In this document: positions 37,014 through 40,463 of the stretch, piece by piece
How the letters are laid out: each line of letters starts with the position of its first letter
Position numbering within the stretch: position 1 is the stretch's first letter
Assembly (NCBI GenBank): GCA_949288265.1
Contig: CASEJM010000009.1
Location: 1-40,463, forward strand
Reading direction: 5' to 3'
Origin: an uncultured Pseudomonadota bacterium
GTDB taxonomy: Bacteria > Pseudomonadota > Alphaproteobacteria > Rs-D84
DNA: 40,463 nt
Program-made: the position numbers and the translations under genes
Notes under the pieces: generated by a model
Seen by the model: only the letters and a program-made list of their open reading frames with translations
The model's database searches: none
Told to the model about the DNA's origin: nothing

Positions 37014-38267
37014 ATGGCAAATGAAAATATGAATCCGTTACTTGGTGCCCAACAACGCGTAAAAGTAGCGTGTGATAAGTTAGGACTGGGGGCGGACGTT
37101 TATGAAATTTTGAAAACACCGCAAAGAATATTTGAAGTTTATATTCCTGTAAAAATGGATGATGGTTCCATAAAGGTCTTTACAGGATATCGCGCACAAC
37201 ACAATACTGCGATTGGTCCTTCAAAAGGTGGCGTTCGGTTTCATCCCGCGGTTACCAAAGACGAGGTTGCCGCATTATCTATATGGATGACGTTTAAATG
37301 TGCGGTAACCGGCATTCCTTATGGTGGCGGTAAAGGTGGTATAATCGTTGACCCGAAAACGTTGTCTCAGGGTGAATTGGAACGTTTGTGCCGTGGCTAC
37401 GTAGATGCCATTTACCCCATTCTGGGAGAAAAGAAAGACGTGCCTGCCCCAGACGTTAATACAAACGGTCAGATTATGGCTTGGATGATTGACGAATATA
37501 TCAAATTATCTGGCGAATCTTCGTTCGGTACTTTTACTGGTAAGCCGGTAGAGTTGGCAGGGTCTTTGGGACGTACAAAAGCCACAGGACTTGGTATATC
37601 CATAATCATTTCGGAATCCTTGAAAAGACAAGGTAAAGAAATGAAAGGTGCGCGTATCGCCATCCAAGGTTTTGGTAATGTAGGCAGTTTTACAGCAAAA
37701 TGCAGCAGCGATATGGGCGCAAAAATAATCGCCATCGCAGAATGGAATACCATCTTGTTCAATGAAAACGGTCTGGATATAAATGCTTTGTTGAAGTTCA
37801 AAGAGACTAATAAAGGCAGTATCAAAGGCTTCCCAGGTGCAAAAGAAATATCTGCAGAAGAATTTTGGGGATTGGACGTTGATGTATTGTCACCATGTGC
37901 AATGGAAAACACAATCAACAAAGATACCGCACCTTTAATAAAAACTAATTTAGTCGTAGAAGGTGCTAATGGACCAACAACATTGGAAGGCGAAGAAATC
38001 TTGTTGGCCAAGGGCGTAACGGTTGTGCCGGACATCTTGGCAAACGCAGGTGGTGTAACGGTTTCTTATTTTGAATGGGTTCAAAACCGCTATGGTTATT
38101 ATTGGGAAGAAAGCGAAGTAGAACAAAAAGAAGAAATCGCAATGAAAAACGCATTTGATGCTATATACAAAATCAAAGAAGAATATAATGTATCAATGCG
38201 TGAAGCAGCCTATATGCACTCTATCAAGCGCGTGACGGCCGCCATGAAACTGCGCGGTTGGTGTTAA
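37014..38267 (+). CDS. gdh: Glutamate dehydrogenase (Glu/Leu/Phe/Val family, probably NAD-specific)
   Basis: GPSKGGVRFHP, WMTFKC, PYGGGKGG, DVPAPDVNT, QGFGNVG, EGANGP, PDILANAGGVTVSYFEWVQN. Confidence 0.95.
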   Translation: MANENMNPLLGAQQRVKVACDKLGLGADVYEILKTPQRIFEVYIPVKMDDGSIKVFTGYRAQHNTAIGPSKGGVRFHPAVTKDEVAALSIWMTFKCAVTGIPYGGGKGGIIVDPKTLSQGELERLCRGYVDAIYPILGEKKDVPAPDVNTNGQIMAWMIDEYIKLSGESSFGTFTGKPVELAGSLGRTKATGLGISIIISESLKRQGKEMKGARIAIQGFGNVGSFTAKCSSDMGAKIIAIAEWNTILFNENGLDINALLKFKETNKGSIKGFPGAKEISAEEFWGLDVDVLSPCAMENTINKDTAPLIKTNLVVEGANGPTTLEGEEILLAKGVTVVPDILANAGGVTVSYFEWVQNRYGYYWEESEVEQKEEIAMKNAFDAIYKIKEEYNVSMREAAYMHSIKRVTAAMKLRGWC

Positions 38268-38271
38268 AAAC

Positions 38272-38298
38272 AAAAACCCCGATTTTTCGGGGTTTTTT
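38272..38298 (+). terminator. Intrinsic terminator after gdh
   Basis: AAAAACCCCGA..TCGGGGTTTTTT. Confidence 0.85.
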
Positions 38299-38339
38299 AT
38301 TTGACTTTTGATGAAAATTGGTTAATAATGCGTTTGCAA

Positions 38340-38460
38340 ATCCCAAAGATTGCCATCATAATAAACCCAGTACGCGGTATGCGTGTGGTACATCAACCGG
38401 CGAGTTTCGCTCTTGATGTAATTCTTGTTTTGGTGTGTTTCTTTGGATAAATAACAAGTT
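38340..38460 (+). promoter_or_regulatory. Candidate structured 5' leader or ncRNA upstream of rpsP
   Basis: Follows TTGACT..AATAAT promoter (38301-38329); outer stem CCAAAGA/TCTTTGG enclosing two hairpins. Confidence 0.5.
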
Positions 38461-38474
38461 TAAGGAGCAAAATT

Positions 38475-38924
38475 ATGGCAACAGTTATTAGATTGGCACG
38501 TTTTGGTGCAAAAAAACGTCCTTATTATCATGTCGTCGTTACAGATTCTCGTAATGCACGTAATTCCGGTAATGTTTTGGACACAGTTGGTAAATATGAC
38601 CCTATGCAACCCAAAGACAGCGACAAGCGCGTTGTATTAAAACTAGACGCCATCAAGGCGTGGATGGCCAAAGGGGCGAAACCTTCTGACCGTGTTTATA
38701 AGTTCTTGGCGAATGCGGGCTTGGTTGAAAAAAGACCAATTCCTGTTCAAACAAAGAAACATTTGCAATCTGAAAAAACGCAAATGAAAATCAAAGACAA
38801 ACAGGAAAAATTGGCTAAGATAGCCGAAGAAAAAGCCGCAGCAGAAGCCGCTGCCAAGGCAGCCGCAGAGGCACCAGCCGAAGCGCCAGCTGAAGAAACG
38901 CCGGCAGAAACCGTTGCTGAATAA
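38475..38924 (+). CDS. rpsP: 30S ribosomal protein S16
   Basis: IRLARFGAKKRPYYHVVVTDSR..GKYDPM..W..KGAKPSDRV; Ala/Glu-rich tail. Confidence 0.97.
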   Translation: MATVIRLARFGAKKRPYYHVVVTDSRNARNSGNVLDTVGKYDPMQPKDSDKRVVLKLDAIKAWMAKGAKPSDRVYKFLANAGLVEKRPIPVQTKKHLQSEKTQMKIKDKQEKLAKIAEEKAAAEAAAKAAAEAPAEAPAEETPAETVAE

Positions 38925-38932
38925 TTTTGCTT

Positions 38933-38963
38933 AATGCCCGGGTTATGTTCTTTCCCGGGCATT
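38933..38963. other. Intercistronic hairpin between rpsP and rimM
   Basis: AATGCCCGGG..CCCGGGCATT with no plus-strand U-tract; possible processing, stability or reverse-termination element. Confidence 0.55.
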
Positions 38964-38983
38964 AAAAATCAAAGCGACTATAT

Positions 38984-39454
38984 ATGACAGAAACAAAAAA
39001 AATCTTGGTCGGTAAAATCGTGGCACCACAAGGAATTCGCGGGGAAGTTCGCGTTCAGACTTATACACAGAATCCAACGGATTTTAAAACATTAAAAGTA
39101 CATAGTGAAAAGTTGAAAGACGGGACTTTTCGTTTTGTACGTCGGCTTAATCCTACCTCTTCGGTTGTTATTGCAAAAATAGACGGCGTGGAAGACAGAA
39201 ACGCAGCGGAACTGTTGCGCGGTATAGAATTGTTTATTAATCGTGACGAATTACCAGAATTAAAAGACGGTGAATATTATCAGGCGGATTTAATAGGTAT
39301 GCGTGTTGTTCGTGGCGACGTGTTCTTAGGCGTGGTTGATAATATTCAAAACTATGGCGCCGGTGACATCTTGGAACTTGATACCGGGGAAATGATGTCT
39401 TTTTCAAATGTTGATGTAAAAGTCATGGAAAATACCATATACGTAAAGGATTAA
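38984..39454 (+). CDS. rimM: Ribosome maturation factor RimM
   Basis: VGKIVAPQGIRGEVRV, DRNAAELLRG, GEYYQADLIG, NYGAGDILE. Confidence 0.95.
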   Translation: MTETKKILVGKIVAPQGIRGEVRVQTYTQNPTDFKTLKVHSEKLKDGTFRFVRRLNPTSSVVIAKIDGVEDRNAAELLRGIELFINRDELPELKDGEYYQADLIGMRVVRGDVFLGVVDNIQNYGAGDILELDTGEMMSFSNVDVKVMENTIYVKD

Positions 39455-39456
39455 AA

Positions 39457-39759
39457 ATGTTTTTTTATAGAAAAAAAGCACCAATTAATATTTGTTTTTA
39501 TATGACTGAAAAAATAAAAAAGAATCAGGTAAATGTTAAATGTGTCAATAAATCTTTAAGAAATTGTCTTTCATTAAAATATTTGAAGAGTATAAAATAC
39601 TCGTATAATTATAGCATTACGGATAAAAACGAAAACCATAGTGATAAAGTGATAAAATTGACGAAGGTTCATAAGGACATGAATTCATTTTTTGATGTTT
39701 TTGTTATGGAAATGATAGGCGATATTTGTAGTAAATGTAAAAAATGCAGACAAAAATAA
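39457..39759 (+). CDS. Hypothetical AT-rich basic protein inserted between rimM and trmD
   Basis: 100-aa ORF with AAGGA SD, ending CSKCKKCRQK; no family recognised. Confidence 0.5.
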   Translation: MFFYRKKAPINICFYMTEKIKKNQVNVKCVNKSLRNCLSLKYLKSIKYSYNYSITDKNENHSDKVIKLTKVHKDMNSFFDVFVMEMIGDICSKCKKCRQK

Positions 39760-39833
39760 TTTGCTTAGGTTAATTTGTCTTGGAAGTAACGAGTGTGGCG
39801 GTATAGTTTAAATTTAGAATATAAAAGTAAAAA

Positions 39834-40463
39834 ATGCACTTTAATATATTAACAATCTTTCCTGAAATGTTTCCTGGAACGCTTGGCGGCGGGGTTGTTG
39901 GTCGCGCATTAGACAAGGGACTGTGGTCATATAATGCTGTAAACATTCGGGATTTTGCGATAAATAATTATGGCAGTGTTGACGATGAACAATTCGGCGG
40001 CGGCGTTGGCATGGTTATGCGTCCGGACGTTCTTGGTAGCGCTATTGACTCAATAAAAAAGCGCGGGCAAATAATATATTTTTCACCGCGTGGTCCAACG
40101 CTTAACCAGCAAATGGTTCGTGAATTTGCAAATGATAAAGATGCAACTTATACCCTGCTCTGTGGTCGTTACGAAGGAATTGACCAACGTGTCATAGATG
40201 AATATGATATAATGGAATTATCTATTGGCGATTATATACTGTCGGGTGGTGAAGTTGCCGCGCAAGTTTTTGTTGACAGCGTGGTTCGCGTGATGGATAA
40301 TGTCTTGGGCGGTGGCAACGAGGCAACCGCTAATGAAAGTTTTGAAATCGGGGGGTTGGAATGGCCGTTATATACCCGCCCGTCAGTATGGCGTGGACAT
40401 AAAGTCCCAGAAGTCCTGCTGTCCGGTCATCACGGCAATATAGAAAGATGGCGGAAACAACAA
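39834..40463 (+). CDS. trmD: tRNA (guanine-N1)-methyltransferase, partial (runs off the window end)
   Basis: My translation: MHFNILTIFPEMFPG..VDDEQFGGGVGMVMRPDVL..SPRG..LLCGRYEGIDQRV..SIGDYILSGGE..ESF..LEWPLYTRP..VPEVLLSGHHG; not in the ORF track because there is no stop. Confidence 0.96.
   Translation, partial: MHFNILTIFPEMFPGTLGGGVVGRALDKGLWSYNAVNIRDFAINNYGSVDDEQFGGGVGMVMRPDVLGSAIDSIKKRGQIIYFSPRGPTLNQQMVREFANDKDATYTLLCGRYEGIDQRVIDEYDIMELSIGDYILSGGEVAAQVFVDSVVRVMDNVLGGGNEATANESFEIGGLEWPLYTRPSVWRGHKVPEVLLSGHHGNIERWRKQQ

Noticed and set aside
36588-37032. ORFs 36588-36944 and 36811-37032
   Set aside because: Shadows of the tRNA-Gly gene.
36812-38298. Integrative element at tRNA-Gly
   Set aside because: No integrase or duplicated tRNA 3' end seen, and gdh lies on the 5' side of the tRNA.
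38340-38460. SRP RNA or 6S RNA
   Set aside because: Lacks the SRP CAGG..GGAA..AGCAGC motif; branched and short rather than a 6S-like rod with a central bubble. A divergent form cannot be excluded without a covariance-model search.

Overview
AT-rich, gene-dense bacterial chromosome segment with alphaproteobacterial hallmarks: ruvB-ybgC-tolQ-tolR-tolA order, an XRE regulator with the 'GVTFQQIQKYE..NRISASRL' motif, and a long L25. It looks like a reduced, host- or gut-associated lineage; the Rs-D84/'Enterousia' group is my inference, not a verified assignment. Housekeeping genes: tig, rpsI, rplM, argS, an EnvZ/OmpR-like pair, ruvB, ybgC, tolQRA, dnaE, rsmH, gpmI, tadA, rsmD, rplY, dnaK, rnpB, secA, pfk, a LysM protein, tRNA-Gly(CCC), gdh, rpsP, rimM and a partial trmD. 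Four secreted cysteine-rich proteins (about 7.5 kb, ~18% of the window) and several AT-rich ORFans sit among them. The most striking element is a ~240-nt leader (1476-1718) with the architecture of a phage P1 C4 / P4 CI antisense RNA: an upstream target site, a tRNA-like RNA ending in ACCA, a terminator, and a second complementary site over the ribosome-binding site. It lies directly in front of a secreted Cys-rich gene, with no prophage around it. Other oddities: a CPVC membrane protein plus partner, tRNA-Gly with A73, a degenerate two-component pair, a hydrolase fold lacking its Ser nucleophile, candidate leaders for rplY and rpsP, probable leaderless genes, and two in-frame TAA codons near the end of tig. 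No CRISPR array, transposase, integrase or rRNA was seen.
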